DNA of 64,000 nucleotides from Octopus vulgaris (GCA_951406725.2 OX597828.1:15686001-15750000), one strand, 5' to 3'. Counted from the first letter of the stretch, positions 1 through 13,802 are shown. Numbers and translations are program-made. Notes: a model not told the origin generated them from the letters alone.

Positions 1-37
<37 letters not shown>

Positions 38-204
38 CTATCCCTAAATAAATATAGGGATGGTATTATTAAAATACCATCACAAGTGGTAAGCGAATTA
101 TTAGTCGTACAGGCAAATTAATAAAATATATACATACAATATTAAATATGTACTTATATACACAAGTGTACTACATGAGTACCTATATCGCTAATGATAG
201 AAGT

Positions 205-286
<82 letters not shown>

Positions 287-2576
287 CATGCATGTATGTA
301 CATATGTGTTTATATAGACAGAGAAAGTGAAATACAAATACACACACACACACACACACACACACGCAGACACACGCACGCACGCACGCACATACAAGTA
401 CGCACACACTCCGTTATCATTCACCGTTTTATCTTGTGTGAATGTCATTGACCAGCTTTGTATGCAAGATGTGCTGTGGAAGACTGATACTTAATAAAAT
501 GTTTATTACAAAATAAGACAAAGAGAATAGCAGAATAGTGGAACAGCGGAATAGCAAATTCGACAAGCGGACGTCGTTAAAATAAGTACTAGACTGGAAA
601 TTTATTGTGAGGTCGATAAGATCGGCTTGAAACCTTGAAGCCAATGCTCCAGCATTGCCACGGTGTAATGACTGAAACCAGTTGATGAGTAACAGAATTA
701 ACAGTGTGTGTGTGTGCATGTGTGTATTTGAGTGTGCGTGTGTGTTTTAAAATCATTATGATGACGCCACTCCGATGTAATTGATTCGGTTTTAACACAC
801 TATCCTTAGATTAAATTCCTTGGCAAACGTGTACAACGTTGAAATTTATCGGAAATATAAGCGTTCTCGATTAAAGATGTACTTTAAGCACAGGATAGAG
901 ATCTAGAGATCTCTTTAGGTTTTGAAGCTTAAACTTAAGGTCTATCCTGTAGAGATAGCTGTTGCTGTAGACATTTTTCTCCCCGGATCAGTTCTGATAA
1001 AACAAACATTCCAACTATGACCATCCCACTTTATCTTTTTATACATCAGGGTCTACATTGTTCAATGTGTCCCGTTCCTTTTTTTTTTTTCTAGCACGCT
1101 AGATGGCGACTAGAGGGAGATTTGTCTGCTATGTCTACCAGGTCGAAATACCACGTAGAGATTTCCTCGTAGTTTTTTTTGTTACTTAGCTAAAACTCCA
1201 CGTCAGCTCTGATTCAATAAGACAGACCACTTGGTCAAAGACGCTCCAGCCACGACCAGCGCGTTTTTGCTTATGTGGGGGAAACTACAATTTCAAAATC
1301 TGTTTCTCACCTTTCCTCTCTCTCTTTACTTTTTCGAGACAGTAAGGTATAATTTGAGGGATATTTGGCTGCTACATAAGACAGGTCGAACGCCAATGTA
1401 TATATATATAGAGAGAGTCTCCTTCGTAATGATAAAAACGCGTAGGAAGGAAAGAGTCAAATTGTAGTTGTTGAGGGAAAATATTTTAGCTTATGGTGTG
1501 GTTGAGATATGTGAGAGAGAAAGCAACACATTATGCGTCTTGTATTCCACTTTCTCATATCGTGTCAGAACGATAATGTGTTTGTTATTATAGTAATACG
1601 AATTCCAAACATATTAAGGATATTGGATGGTCATAAAACACTTAATATCGTCTTCCCAGTAGCGAGAACACACGTAGATTTACTTTACAACGTATTATAC
1701 AAGCTTCTGTGATAATACATTAACGTTTGCATATTAACTCGCGCAGTCTTGCCACTCGCACACACAGACAGGAACACACAGACAGTACATACACTCACTC
1801 ACTCACTCACTCACTCACTCGCTCATTCACTCACTCACACACTCTCTTTTTCTCTCTTTCTTCCCTTCCCATTATTGTTTGTTTCCAATTTCTCTTCTCC
1901 CTCTACCTCACATGCATACTCAAACCCAATTTCTCTCTCTCTCTCTCTCTACTTATCTGTGAATGTGCGCGCGTGTGTGTATGTGTGTGCATCTGAGAGT
2001 ATATGAATGAATGTAAAATTCTTCTTCGCATCATTGCACACACACACACACACACACAACCACACACACACACACACACACACACACAACCACAAAGACA
2101 CACACACACACACCATACACGTACTCACACAAAGCGCGCATGTATACAACACGCACACACACACACATACATGAACACGTACACACTATACGCACGCGCG
2201 CTCGCATTCACGTTAATACACAGATTTGTTGATGCACACATACATTGATCAGATTACTATACGTATTTATATACGACTAATTCACTTATTTAATTGGTGC
2301 CAATGACTATGCTGTTGTTAATGAACCTACATAATTATCAATATTGATGAGATAAAAGCTGTAACGTCATTAATTTTATACGTAACACACCAGACATATT
2401 TACTAATCATTAAGTTTCCACCGTCAAAGCGAACGGGTATGTATGTATGTATGTATGTATGTATGTATGTATGTATGTATGTATGTATGTATGTATGTAT
2501 GTATGTAGAGAGACAGATAACGAGAGAAAGAGATAGGTAGATACATAGATAAAGAGAGGGAGAGAGAAAAAGATAG

Positions 2577-2623
<47 letters not shown>

Positions 2624-2672
2624 CAGATAGATAGAAAGAGAGATAGACAAAGAGATAAAGAGAGAAAGGGTA

Positions 2673-2714
<42 letters not shown>

Positions 2715-3531
2715 GTTTTATTTCTAGAAAGACTTTTTACCTACCCAAAATATTTGATTGAAAAGTGTTTTCCGTAAGAAAACCTTTAGCAAAACTAAAA
2801 CATTGAGCAAACCTTTAAATTTTGCATACGAAATAATATATAAAGATATCACAAGGTTATTTTATTTAATTTTATTCTATTTTATTTTCCTTCCAAACCT
2901 GATTGACTGAAAATTGTTTTGTTTTGATTCTGCTTATTAAATTTATAATAGTTGAAACATTAATTTAATATAAACAATTTTTCTAATTTTAACAACCTGT
3001 GCTATCTGCTGAAAAACATTTGGCTTTGTACGCGAGATTTAAGGTTTTGTAAGGTTTAAAGGTTTTCGTAAATAAATGAACGATTATAGATTGAAAAGAT
3101 AAATTCATCTGAATCCTTAAGAAAATTTTCGTTTTTAATAACCTCAATTGAAAACGTTTTGATTTTTTCTTCTTTTTCCTTTTTTTACATGAAATTTTTA
3201 AGGATTTATAAAATTTAAGGTCTAACGTTTGGTATATAAGGATTCATGTTTCTACATTCTAAAGTTAAAGATTACTAAAATAATTATTTACAATGGTGAG
3301 TTATTAGGTTATTTTAATGGATTTTAAGAGTAAAATTGCAAAAGCAATGAAAATTTTAAATATTTCTTAGAAAACAATCGACATCACAAGAAAATTTTTT
3401 TAAATATCGAGACTTTTTAAGCTTCGTTAAATATCGGCAAAACCCGTAGATTACGGCTTACGGAAGTTACCGAGAGTAGTGTGTTTATTAACGTAGTATC
3501 GCAATTCGCCGTTACACATCTCTTTAAATTC

Positions 3532-3805
3532 ATGCAAATTTAAATTAATATATTTATATTAAATTACTCCAGCAGCATTGACATATTTCAATTACGATGT
3601 CTTGCATGAAAATATATAAGAAGAAGGGCGCCATCGCGCAAATATAACCGTAAAATAAAAAAAATAAACAGCTTGAAGAAACAGGGCGTGTCATATCCGC
3701 CTTAGGTTGTCGATTTTCGCTCTGTAACATCAAGGCTTCTGACCAATCAGATAGCTTAAGTTTTCGGGACATAACTGACGTCATAGTACGCCCCGCCTTC
3801 ATTTT
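3532..3805 (+). promoter_or_regulatory. Candidate RNA Pol II core/proximal promoter in a repeat-free, CpG-richer island
   Basis: Octamer ATGCAAAT 3532-3539, CCAAT box (GACCAATCAG) 3743-3747, perfect CRE TGACGTCA 3776-3783, GC box GCCCCGCC 3790-3797 and Inr-like TCATTT at about 3799-3804. The last four lie within about 65 bp. Confidence 0.55.
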
Positions 3806-3841
3806 CATTTTTTTCCCTCTTCTCGTCGCTTACCCTCCTTA

Positions 3842-3900
3842 ATGGTGACGCACCCTCGTTCTGCTATCAACCCTCTTTTATTTTGCAAGGGATTCAGGCA
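3842..3900 (+). CDS. Candidate first coding exon (MVTHPRSAINPLLFCKGFR..), product unknown
   Basis: ATG at 3842 just downstream of the promoter motifs; frame stays open up to a donor-like GCA|GTAAGC at 3900/3901 (phase 2). No homology recognised. Confidence 0.25.
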
Positions 3901-4494
3901 GTAAGCTTAGATGGCCATCTATCAACAGTTTATTTGATATATTTTTAGCCTCTCTTCTCATTTGTTTTGATGCACCACCGTTATTATTTCGAATCGTAAT
4001 CCGCCACAACGATGTTGTTGTTTAATACAAAGTCTTCTGTTCTTTAATTATTCTGTTATAATTAAATATCTAAAACACTCTATTGGTTATTAATTCTATA
4101 TAAATCTTAGAATTCGAGAATTAATTACAAGGTTAAGATGATATCGGCTGGTCTTGAACTCAGAACGTAAAAGGCCGTATCCAAATATTTGCACGCTCTA
4201 GCGGTTCTGTTAACTCACAACCCCGATTAAAAGACCTACTTATTATCCAAGTCATTCCAATAGTGGCCATATAGCCTTTTTTTCTTCCTTCAGACCTAGT
4301 TTGACTAGGATTACATTATTTAGTTTCTTCTGGTTTTTTTTAATTACTCACGGTAAAGTATGTCTGAAGGGATTTGGGTGCTATTTTTAGCAGGTAGAGC
4401 AACCACACAGAGAGTCTTTACGTGGGTTTGTAAAACAGTTGACGATTAAAAAAAAAAATAGTTATCTTACAATAAAGATATAACCTTCCTAATT

Positions 4495-5390
4495 TTTGGC
4501 ACAAGGCCGGCAATTCTGAGCGGTTGGAGAAGCAGATTGTATCCGATTACTGTGCTCAACTGGTCTTTAGTAATTTTTTCGACCCTGAAAGGGTGAAAAA
4601 GCGACGTCGACCTTAGCGGATTTTGAACTTAGAACATAAAAGCGGAATAATTGCTACTAAGAATTTTGTCCGACGCACTAGCAATTCTACGAGATTACTG
4701 AATTCAATAAGCGCTATAGTATTATTATACGTGTTATATATTATTTATACACATTTAGTGTTCTCTTAGATAAGTACAAGGCATGGAATTTGCGGTAGGG
4801 AGTGCTGGGTGAATCATTCAATTACATCAACACCAAAGCTACACTGATACTTAATTTTACCGACACCGGAAGTATGAAAGGCAAAGTCGACCTTGGCGGG
4901 GATTGAACTTAGAACGTAAAAGAACGTAACTAAATATCTATTTCTTTATTACCCACAAGGGGCTAAACATAGAAGGGACAAACAAGGACAGATATAGGTA
5001 TTAAGTCGATTACATCGATTCCAGTGCGTAACTGGTACTTAATTTATCGACCCCGAAAGGATGAAAGGTAAAGTCGACCTCGGCGCAATTTGAACTCACA
5101 ACGTAACGGCAGACGAAAAATATCGCAAGGTTTATTTTGTTGTTTGTCTTTCTGATTTTGCCGTCTGTCGCCTAAAAAAAAAAATTACTTACTAACCACA
5201 GGCACATGGCCACGAAATTTGCGGTGTAGTTGATTTAACCAGCTCAGTAACTTGACTGATATTTATTTAATCGGTCCCTGAAAGAATGGAAAAAGTAAAG
5301 TCGACCATAGAGAGATCTGAACCCCGATTGTAAAGGTACGAAATGGTATACTGCAGTATAGCGTTCAACGCACTGCCTCCAGTGCCAATC
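4495..5390 (-). mobile_element. Cluster of about 4 SINE-B copies of different ages
   Basis: Repeated reverse-complement core ...atcgaccccgaaaggatgaaaggcaaagtcgacctcggcggaatttgaactcagaacg; the copy at about 4938-5120 is closest to consensus. Confidence 0.8.
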
Positions 5391-5669
5391 CACCTCTTAT
5401 GGGGAAGGGGATCCTATGAACCCCCCTACCCCACTCCCACCCCACCCCCACCCCCACCCCCACAAAAAAACCCCCAAAACAAACAAAAGCAACACTGGAT
5501 GATCACGGTTATTTAACATCTTTATTTATAGGTTTGTTTGATCAGGGTTTTCCTGGGGTTGAACAACAATTTCGAAGTGCTGCTTCTACGTAGTCACTCA
5601 ACCTGCTAGAAATAGCAGCCAAATATTTATCAACTCAGACCCTAGCATCTTAAGGAAGAGTCATTAGAT

Positions 5670-6206
5670 ATTGTAGTCCTATATTCCACATAAAGGGACG
5701 CGGTTAGAGTGCTTTTAATTATATAGAGCTGCTTTCTAGAAGCTAATTCCGAGGGTTAAAAACAACGGTAGTAAAAAATGTCTGGGTCTGCTAGAAACAG
5801 CAACCAAATCTCCTCTAAATCACTCCTTACCGTCTAAAATAAGGAAAGAACCCATTTGATGGTCCTAGGTATCGTATAGAAAGAAAAAAAGGTCGGGATG
5901 GTCACAGGTGGATTACCTTTGATTATAAATAAGGCTGATTGTAGTCCTATATTCCACATAAAGGGATGCGGTTAGAGTGCCTTTAATTATATAGAGCTGC
6001 TTTCTAGAAGCTAATTCCGAGGGTTAAAAGCCAACGGTAGTAAAAAGTGTCTGGGTCTGCTAGAAACAGCAACCAAATCTCCTCTAAATCACTCCTTACC
6101 GTCTAAAATAAGGAAAGAACCCATTTGATGGTCCTAGGTATTGTATAGAAAGAAAAAAAGGTCGGGATGGTCACAGGTGGATTACCTTTGATTATAAATA
6201 AGGCTG
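5670..6206. repeat. Recent tandem duplication (2 x about 268 bp) within old dispersed repeat E
   Basis: 5670-5937 and 5938-6206 are nearly identical. Both carry the family-E motif gctagaaa(t/c)agca(g/a)ccaaatctc, also seen near 1120, 1360, 4370, 5605, 9056, 10635, 28740 and 50470. Confidence 0.9.
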
Positions 6207-6823
6207 TTCATTCAAACAGCTCAAGAGCTGAAGGTTTTAATGTAGCCTGAGCGTGAAAGTCTCCAGATAGCAGCAACAGCCAACAGCAGCAGCAACAACA
6301 ATACTAACAAGAACAACAGCAGCGGTAGCAGCAGCAACAATGTCAGCAGCAGCAGCAGCAGTAACAGCAACAGCGTGAGATTAGTTTAGTGTCTGACTAC
6401 TAAGAATTATTTTCAACGATATTATATAAATCGCGGAGCTGCCGCAACTCCACATCGTTAAAGGAGACTGACTGTGTTCAACACACACTTACAATAGACC
6501 TTCGCTTTTATTTATTATTGTTTTGGCCTTTTATTCGAGTTGACCTAGACTTAACAAAAACTGGTATTAAATTACGATATATATTTTTTTAACAAATATA
6601 TTCATTACCAACCAGTATGTCAACAAAATACGGAGGTCGGTTATGAATGAATAAAAAATAAAACGGGTTCGTATTCTGTGTAACGTATCTCGTATTTGAT
6701 CTCGATGTGAAATCGGGCCCCACGATTCGTCGCTGATTTTGTTATTTGAGAAAGCGAAAGCATTAACTCGTCAACATCTATCCTTCCTAAGATGCTGAGC
6801 AATATTTCACACACATACACACG

Positions 6824-6920
<97 letters not shown>

Positions 6921-7441
6921 CCTAAAATCTGTTTATGTGTGTGCGTCTGTGTTTATGTTCGTACCTGTCTACAAAACCAGTGTTGGTATTGGTAACGCAT
7001 TGTCTCTTTTATATTCTGAAATTTAACAGTTTGACAAACGGCGATCGATAAAATAAATACCAATAGGGAAAATAAATACGGTTAGTGATGCATCCGGGTT
7101 ACATATGATCAACTTAAAATAACCCCCCTTTGAAGGTGGTGCCCCAGCATGACCATAGTTCTCTGACAGGAACCAGTAAAAAATAAAACAAGATGACGGA
7201 TTAAATAACTACGGAATGCAACCGCATTTTGGAAATCTTAAAATCTTAAATATAGAAGCTCATATGGTATATCTTGCTTCACGATACATCTCACGGATGC
7301 TCTGGGGTGTATCCTCGGGAATGTTTCAAGGGTTTTAAGGGGTTCGGGGAGCTCAAGATCATATCCGGTCACCCAGTTGACTGGATATGATCCTATGCCA
7401 GAGGTTGATCAAATCGCAGTTTGCATCCTCGTAGCAGCAAA

Positions 7442-7587
<146 letters not shown>

Positions 7588-7589
7588 GT

Positions 7590-7910
7590 CTGTTCTCTTT
7601 ATCCAAAACCATCTTTATAAAAGCCTCCTCTGCAGTTTTGGTAAATAGACAAATGTATGATCTTTTATCTTTGCTGCACCAGTAACGCCAAACCCAGTTA
7701 GAACTTTGCAAGGTGAACACCCCCAATGATAAACAATACAAATTTTTGCCATTGTTGTGATGTTTAATCGAGTTTTCCCCCAGAATATTTCTGTCGTTCG
7801 GACACTCGGAAGATCTTCACCTTCAACTGTTTAATAAGGTTTAGTAATTCAAGTAGCAACCAACTTTTCCTTTAAGGGTGACAGTTGGTCCCCAAGAAAT
7901 TCATCTTGCC
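7590..7910 (-). pseudogene. Possible very degraded non-LTR reverse transcriptase relic
   Basis: Minus strand reads FLGDQLSPL (compare GxxQGDxLSP) near 7870-7893 and ICLFTKTAEEA (compare the residues after the YxDD motif) near 7620-7655. Frames are broken, the catalytic DD is absent and the spacing is longer than usual. Confidence 0.25.
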
Positions 7911-9380
7911 TTTCACCCTCTCCGCACAATTTTACAAAACGTGGAATTTCCACAGGTTCTACCCTTGATAAGTTTTGCCTTTTTAATCTTTTTATCATGC
8001 TTGGTTACCAAACATCCCCTCAATGAGTAAGGTGAGTAGGAAGCCGGTATAGACATCAATCACTCGACCGTGGATGATTAATACTGGATTACACGGTCAC
8101 CGGTAACACATTTCAGTCAGTCCTTATAATGGAATTGGTCCTAATTTGACCTGACTTGACATAGAAATATTTCACATAGTCGTAAGCAAATGTAGACAAA
8201 TGTTTTTTGTCTCCTCTGCATAGTTACATTTCCGTGAAGACACAAAGAAAAAAAAAACGTATTTGCTTATTTTCTTAATGGTTACCATAAACAGATTTCC
8301 ATCAACCCCGATAATGGAATTGGTCTTGACTTGAAACTGACCTGGCATAGATGAGTCTAAAAATACACGAAGTCAAATGTAAAAAAAAAAAAGAAGGAAA
8401 AAAAGCCTTTTCCTTTACTTCGTGGAGACATCTCTGTGAAAACATTTATTTACTTTCTCCATGTGCAAGCCCGTTGCCATACTTTAGTGTTTAGGGGTGC
8501 CTCAGAATATTCTGGGTAGGCACTAATTTGTAATAATGCTAAAGTGGACCACTAAAGTGTAGTAAATCTGAAAGCGCAGCATTGAATAGCGAGGGAGAAG
8601 TTCTGTCCAAGTGTACCCACTTAGCGACGGTTATGTCCACGTACTTATTACATTACACAACGCAGCGATGCTTAAAATTCACACACACTCACACATACAG
8701 TCAATGGTATGGAATCGATGTATTCCGAGGGAATTCAAATGTGTAACCTAAGCCAAGTGTAAAGATGACCCACGAACTAATTACACCGAATCATCGCCGG
8801 AAGTACGTGGAAAGACATCGTGCTATGCTTAAAAGCGATGCACTTGTCAAAATTTTTCGACTTGGGTTTAGAAGAACAAACCCCTCCAAATCCTTGCTGC
8901 TAATTATATCGTTGACAGACGTGAATCGTCTGTCACAGTCTGTCCGTTTACTTTCCGCTTAGCTTCTACCACGTCTAACACTAAACCAGGTTTCCGCTCA
9001 CTTTCCCCTATGTTTAAAAACGAACAACAGAGTTTCTGTGGAGTTCCTAGATCTCTTAGAAATGGCTACTAAAGATATCTCTCTCAAATCACACTGCGTT
9101 GTCGCTCGACTTGCTTGAAATAACAACCAAACCTCCCACAAACCACATGCATCGTCTTTTAAAATGGTGACATATAATATGGTCAAACAAGGTCGACATT
9201 CCTGAAAATATAAAAGAAACACGGATTGGCTTATGCGGTTCTAGATACACTACGTCTCAGACGAATACAGGTTTGGCCAGAGCTAGAGTGCCCCTTTGGT
9301 CAGTAGTTTGTTTACATAACTAAATGATTGAGAGAAAATTGATAGCAAACAGAGCATGTGCGTTAAAATCTAGCATTTTC

Positions 9381-9801
9381 GGATATTTTCGGTTTGAACG
9401 GCAGTTTTTTCTAGCGGTGTCATATGAAATTGTCACCCATAATTATGACCCTAGTATCGTTCTATTACATTTCAATCTTTTTTAGGGTTAGGGGTGGAGG
9501 GAAGGGTATCTTTCTTTCTTCACAAATGTAAATAAACCCAATCTGTTTCTTAAACGAGGGACACATTCATACGGCACAGAATGTTTTTCTTTACCTCAAT
9601 AGACGTCATTGATTGGTTGAAATTGCAGAAATTGAAGTGAAGAAAAAACAACAACAAATATCTCACAAACTATAGAATTCTCTCAATAAAGCCAAGAGAA
9701 AAAGATGTTTTATAAACACATTCTACCAGTATACGAAGTTTAAAAGTGTTTAGTTACGTGGAAATTATTTTAAAAAACTGCCGTTCAAACCGAAAAGATC
9801 C
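9381..9801. mobile_element. Non-autonomous TIR element (MITE), Merlin-like
   Basis: About 30-bp TIRs GGAT(A/C)TTTTCGGTTTGAACGGCAGTTTTTT; 8-bp flanking duplication gcattttc (9373-9380) / gcatgttc (9802-9809). GG termini with an 8-bp TSD fit Merlin. Confidence 0.8.
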
Positions 9802-9873
9802 GCATGTTCCTCTATTCTAGATGTTAATGGAATTATAATAAATGAAGAATATCTTAGCGAACCTGAAACCTAA

Positions 9874-9907
<34 letters not shown>

Positions 9908-10218
9908 AACAACAGCAACTACAGATAAAAATGCTTGGGATGTTAACGCTCTTCCAAAATTTATTACTTCTAATTCTTAAATTGGTTTTGCTGTCTTCAA
10001 CTCTCCAGACCCAACCTTCTTTGCTAATTCAATTCCAGTTAGCATCGATCTTCTTCGAGGAAGAATTACTTTCCAGCTTAGCTTTGTTGCATCGTTTCTT
10101 AAATAATTTACGTTGAATGGCTTCTGGTTGTCGGCTGGTAGACTTCTAAGATAATTAATTAATGCTGTTCTGATCAGCGTTAGCTATGTTTCATAATCTG
10201 AACTGTGTCGTAAAATGA

Positions 10219-10220
<2 letters not shown>

Positions 10221-10292
<72 letters not shown>

Positions 10293-10462
10293 ATGTATAT
10301 GTATATGTGTATGTATGTATGTATGTATGTATGTATGTATGTATGTATGTATGTATGTATGTATGTATGTATGTATGCATGTATGTATGTATGCATGCAT
10401 GTATGTATGTATGTATGTATGTATGTATGTATGTATGTATGTATGTATGTATGTATGTATGT
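10221..10462. repeat. Compound (TA)n/(TATG)n microsatellite
   Basis: Direct inspection. Confidence 0.98.
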
Positions 10463-11223
10463 GTGTGGGGGTGGGTGTTATAATCTTGATCACCAACTTA
10501 ATGAGGAGATAGTGTTACAACAGAGATTGCTGCGTTATTTATCTTGAGAGGATCTCCTCATAGGGACTTGTGCCGCGGTTTGACCACACTATACAACGTC
10601 GTTTCTTTTTTAAAAATGATAGACGGTGATTTGAGGGAGGTTTGGCTGCTATCTCGAACAAGTCGACCGAACATGTAAACACTGGTGCTTGTAAAAATTT
10701 GAATGTTAAATATGCTTGCAAGACCCATGGAAATTCCGTTTTACAAAAGTTCTTATTTCTGTTTTGATGTATAAATTTATAGATCTTCATAACATCGTTT
10801 CATCATATCAAAGTTTTCGATTATGTCAATAATTTCGTTCCATAGCTAGGTTGTTTGATCATAAAATTCCAATTTGTTTCATTATGTTAAAAAATTCGAT
10901 TGTTTTCGATTTCGTTCCATCGTTAACTCACTGGAAAAGCAGAACACGCGAACTTGTTTCATTATATTTAAAATTTCGATTATGTTAATTTCGTTCCCTA
11001 TTTAGATTGTTTGAAGCATAAGACTTCTATTTGTTTAATTATGTATGTTTAAGATTTCGATTTTGTCATCAATGTTGTTCCATAGCTTACGTTTTTAACC
11101 AAATAAGAAACAAACATCGTGAAAAACAGAATAGAATAATTATTATAGATTTTAAGTGTTCAAGTGTAAAAAAAAAGTACAGAGAAAATTACCTTGTACC
11201 ACAGTAAAGTAAGTGAATCAATC

Positions 11224-11254
<31 letters not shown>

Positions 11255-11387
11255 ATGATATAAATTCTCGTCTTCCTTTTAAAATAAGTTGTAGACATTA
11301 AAATATCTATAACTGTAAGTCTTAATCAGAGGTGTCTAGATACTTCAACTGGGAAAAGCGTTTTTAAGATTTTTCCAGTTGTAAATG

Positions 11388-11449
<62 letters not shown>

Positions 11450-11680
11450 TTAAAATATATATTCAAGATATCAAAATTAACAAGATATATTTATGAGACA
11501 ACATAAATGTAGTTATTTAAATGTGAGTATATAGTTAATGTTATAGTTAAAATAGTTAAGTAAATGTTAGCATGTTAATGTAGTGAACATTAAAATACCC
11601 AAGTAGAAATACTTACGCGGTGAGGAAGAGATAACGTCGGTTCAATGAATAAATATTATTCCGACAAGCACGGGAGACAA

Positions 11681-11721
11681 CTCAAGACATATTTCGGGTT
11701 TATTAAATATCTTCAGCGAAG
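11681..11721 (-). ncRNA. Degenerate minimal hammerhead ribozyme-like motif (PLE pseudo-LTR relic)
   Basis: Minus strand CTGAAGA-tatttaataaaccc-GAAA-tat-GTC: core letters and GUC site present, stems I and II eroded. Confidence 0.4.
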
Positions 11722-11948
11722 CAAGATGAGAGAATCAGTTAGGAGATATACAATTTTGTACAAATATTGGACACGAGTAAATACGAAAATTTAATATACT
11801 TTAAAAAAAAAAAGTTAAAACATAGTATTCGTAGTTTAACAAAACGTAGATCTTAATGATTTTCAACCGTTTTTGATCTATTGCGCCACATTACGCTGAA
11901 TAAAGTGTTAAAAGTGTTATCGTACACCACCAGTTATATCTATATATA

Positions 11949-12301
11949 GGCGCAGGAGTGGCTGTGTGGTAAGTAGCTTGCTAACCAGCCACATGGTTCC
12001 GGGTTCAGTCCCACTGCGTGGCATCTTGGGCAAGTGTCTTCTGCTATAGCCCCGGGCCGACCAATGCCTTGTAAGTGGATTTGGTAGACGGAAACTGAAA
12101 GAAGCCTGTCGTATATATGTTTATATATATATATAGCGGTATATGTATATATATATATATAGCGGTTCGGCAAAAGAGACCGATAGAATAAGTACTGGGC
12201 TTACAAAAGAATAAGTCCTGGGGGTCGATTTGTTCGACTAAAGGCGGTGCTCCAGCATGGCCGCAGTCAAATGACTGAAACAAGTAAAAGAGTAAAAGAG
12301 T
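11949..12301 (+). mobile_element. SINE-A (tRNA-headed, internal microsatellite), internally deleted
   Basis: A-box-like TGGCTGTGTGG, B-box-like GGTTCAGTCCC, conserved body and (AGTAAAAG)n tail shared with more than 20 copies in the window. Confidence 0.9.
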
Positions 12302-12646
12302 AATAGGACAAGTATTAATAATTGTTTGAAGGAAAGATCGTTGGACACACAGCACCTGACCACAAAGTAATACCCAAGGACTGGGCTGTAATGCGCTAAT
12401 AATACGTTTTTTTTTTTTTTTTTTTAATAGTTTGTCATTTTCCGACTCGTCATAAAGCTCGAGGTTCACATGCAGAGCTTTGGTACACATGAGGGGCAAG
12501 TCGATTACATTGACCCCAGTGCTTGACTAGTACTATATTTTATCTACCGCGAAAGGGTGAAAGCAAAATAAAAATAAAAAAAGAACCAGAAGAAACGCTA
12601 CTAAGTATTTCATCCGGCGCAGTAACGACTCTGTCGGCTCTCTAAC

Positions 12647-12718
<72 letters not shown>

Positions 12719-12721
<3 letters not shown>

Positions 12722-13263
12722 GCCCTGATGCAGTACCAGGCAGTGGCTCTCATGGCTTCTGATCTTAACTGATTGGAAGTGTTATCATGTACATTGTTTT
12801 GTCTTGGTATAAAAGATGGGCTACAGCAAATATTCTGCTCAATACCACAGATTTGCTTGTCAGTTGTTTGACCTTAACCAGTTGAGCATGTCCCTTAGTG
12901 GCTGACGATATGTGCATCTCTGATCACGAGCAGAAGTAGTGGGGGAGCATCATAGCCATGTGTTGAGAGGGATTCTTTGGGGTTTGAATAAATGGAAACA
13001 TGGGTGGTTCTTTCAACATCCTTAAACAACCCTTATTCAGGGATGAGCGGGATGGGCTACTCAACCTGAAGAAAATTCTAACTGGGCCCCACCTGCAAGG
13101 TCATGTGCTGTTTATCTTGATATGAGATCACCATGTCGCGCACATATGGTTGTGATGCATGTGCCTGGTGTACCCTTATCAGACGGGTAGTCATGATGGG
13201 TATATTGGGCTTCGTATATTTTACCCCAGTGTCACTTTGATGGCATGCACTGCTCTCTCACTC
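12719..13263. mobile_element. About 545-bp complex insert embedded in an (AAT)n array, probably a non-autonomous retroelement
   Basis: Sharp boundaries with (AAT)n on both sides. The left junction aataataaatgc is identical to the tail junction of SINE-D at about 38621-38632. Confidence 0.55.
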
Positions 13264-13264
13264 A

Positions 13265-13329
13265 ATAATAATAATAATTGTGATGATAAGGATGATGATA
13301 ATAATAATGATGACGACGACGACGACGAC

Positions 13330-13362
<33 letters not shown>

Positions 13363-13366
13363 AATG

Positions 13367-13397
<31 letters not shown>

Positions 13398-13745
13398 TAA
13401 TAATAATAATAATAATAATAATAATAGTAATAATAATGATAATAATAATAATAATAATAATAATCCTTTCTGTTGAAGGCGCAAGGCCTGTAATTTTTGA
13501 GGAGGGTACTTGTCGATCACATCGACCTCAGTAGTTGACTTGTACTTTAATTTAGAGACCCCGAAAGGATGAAAGGGCAAAGTTGACCTCGGCGGAATTT
13601 GAACTCGGAACGTAAGGCCGAACGAAATGCCGAACACTAAGCATTTTGCCCAGCGTGCTAAACGATTCTGCCATCTCGCCACCGCAATGATGACGACGAC
13701 GACGACGATGATGATGATGATGATGATGATGTGATGATGATGATG

Positions 13746-13802
<57 letters not shown>

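Noticed and set aside
9482-9493. Telomeric repeat or interstitial telomere
   Set aside because: Only two TTAGGG units, internal to a MITE.
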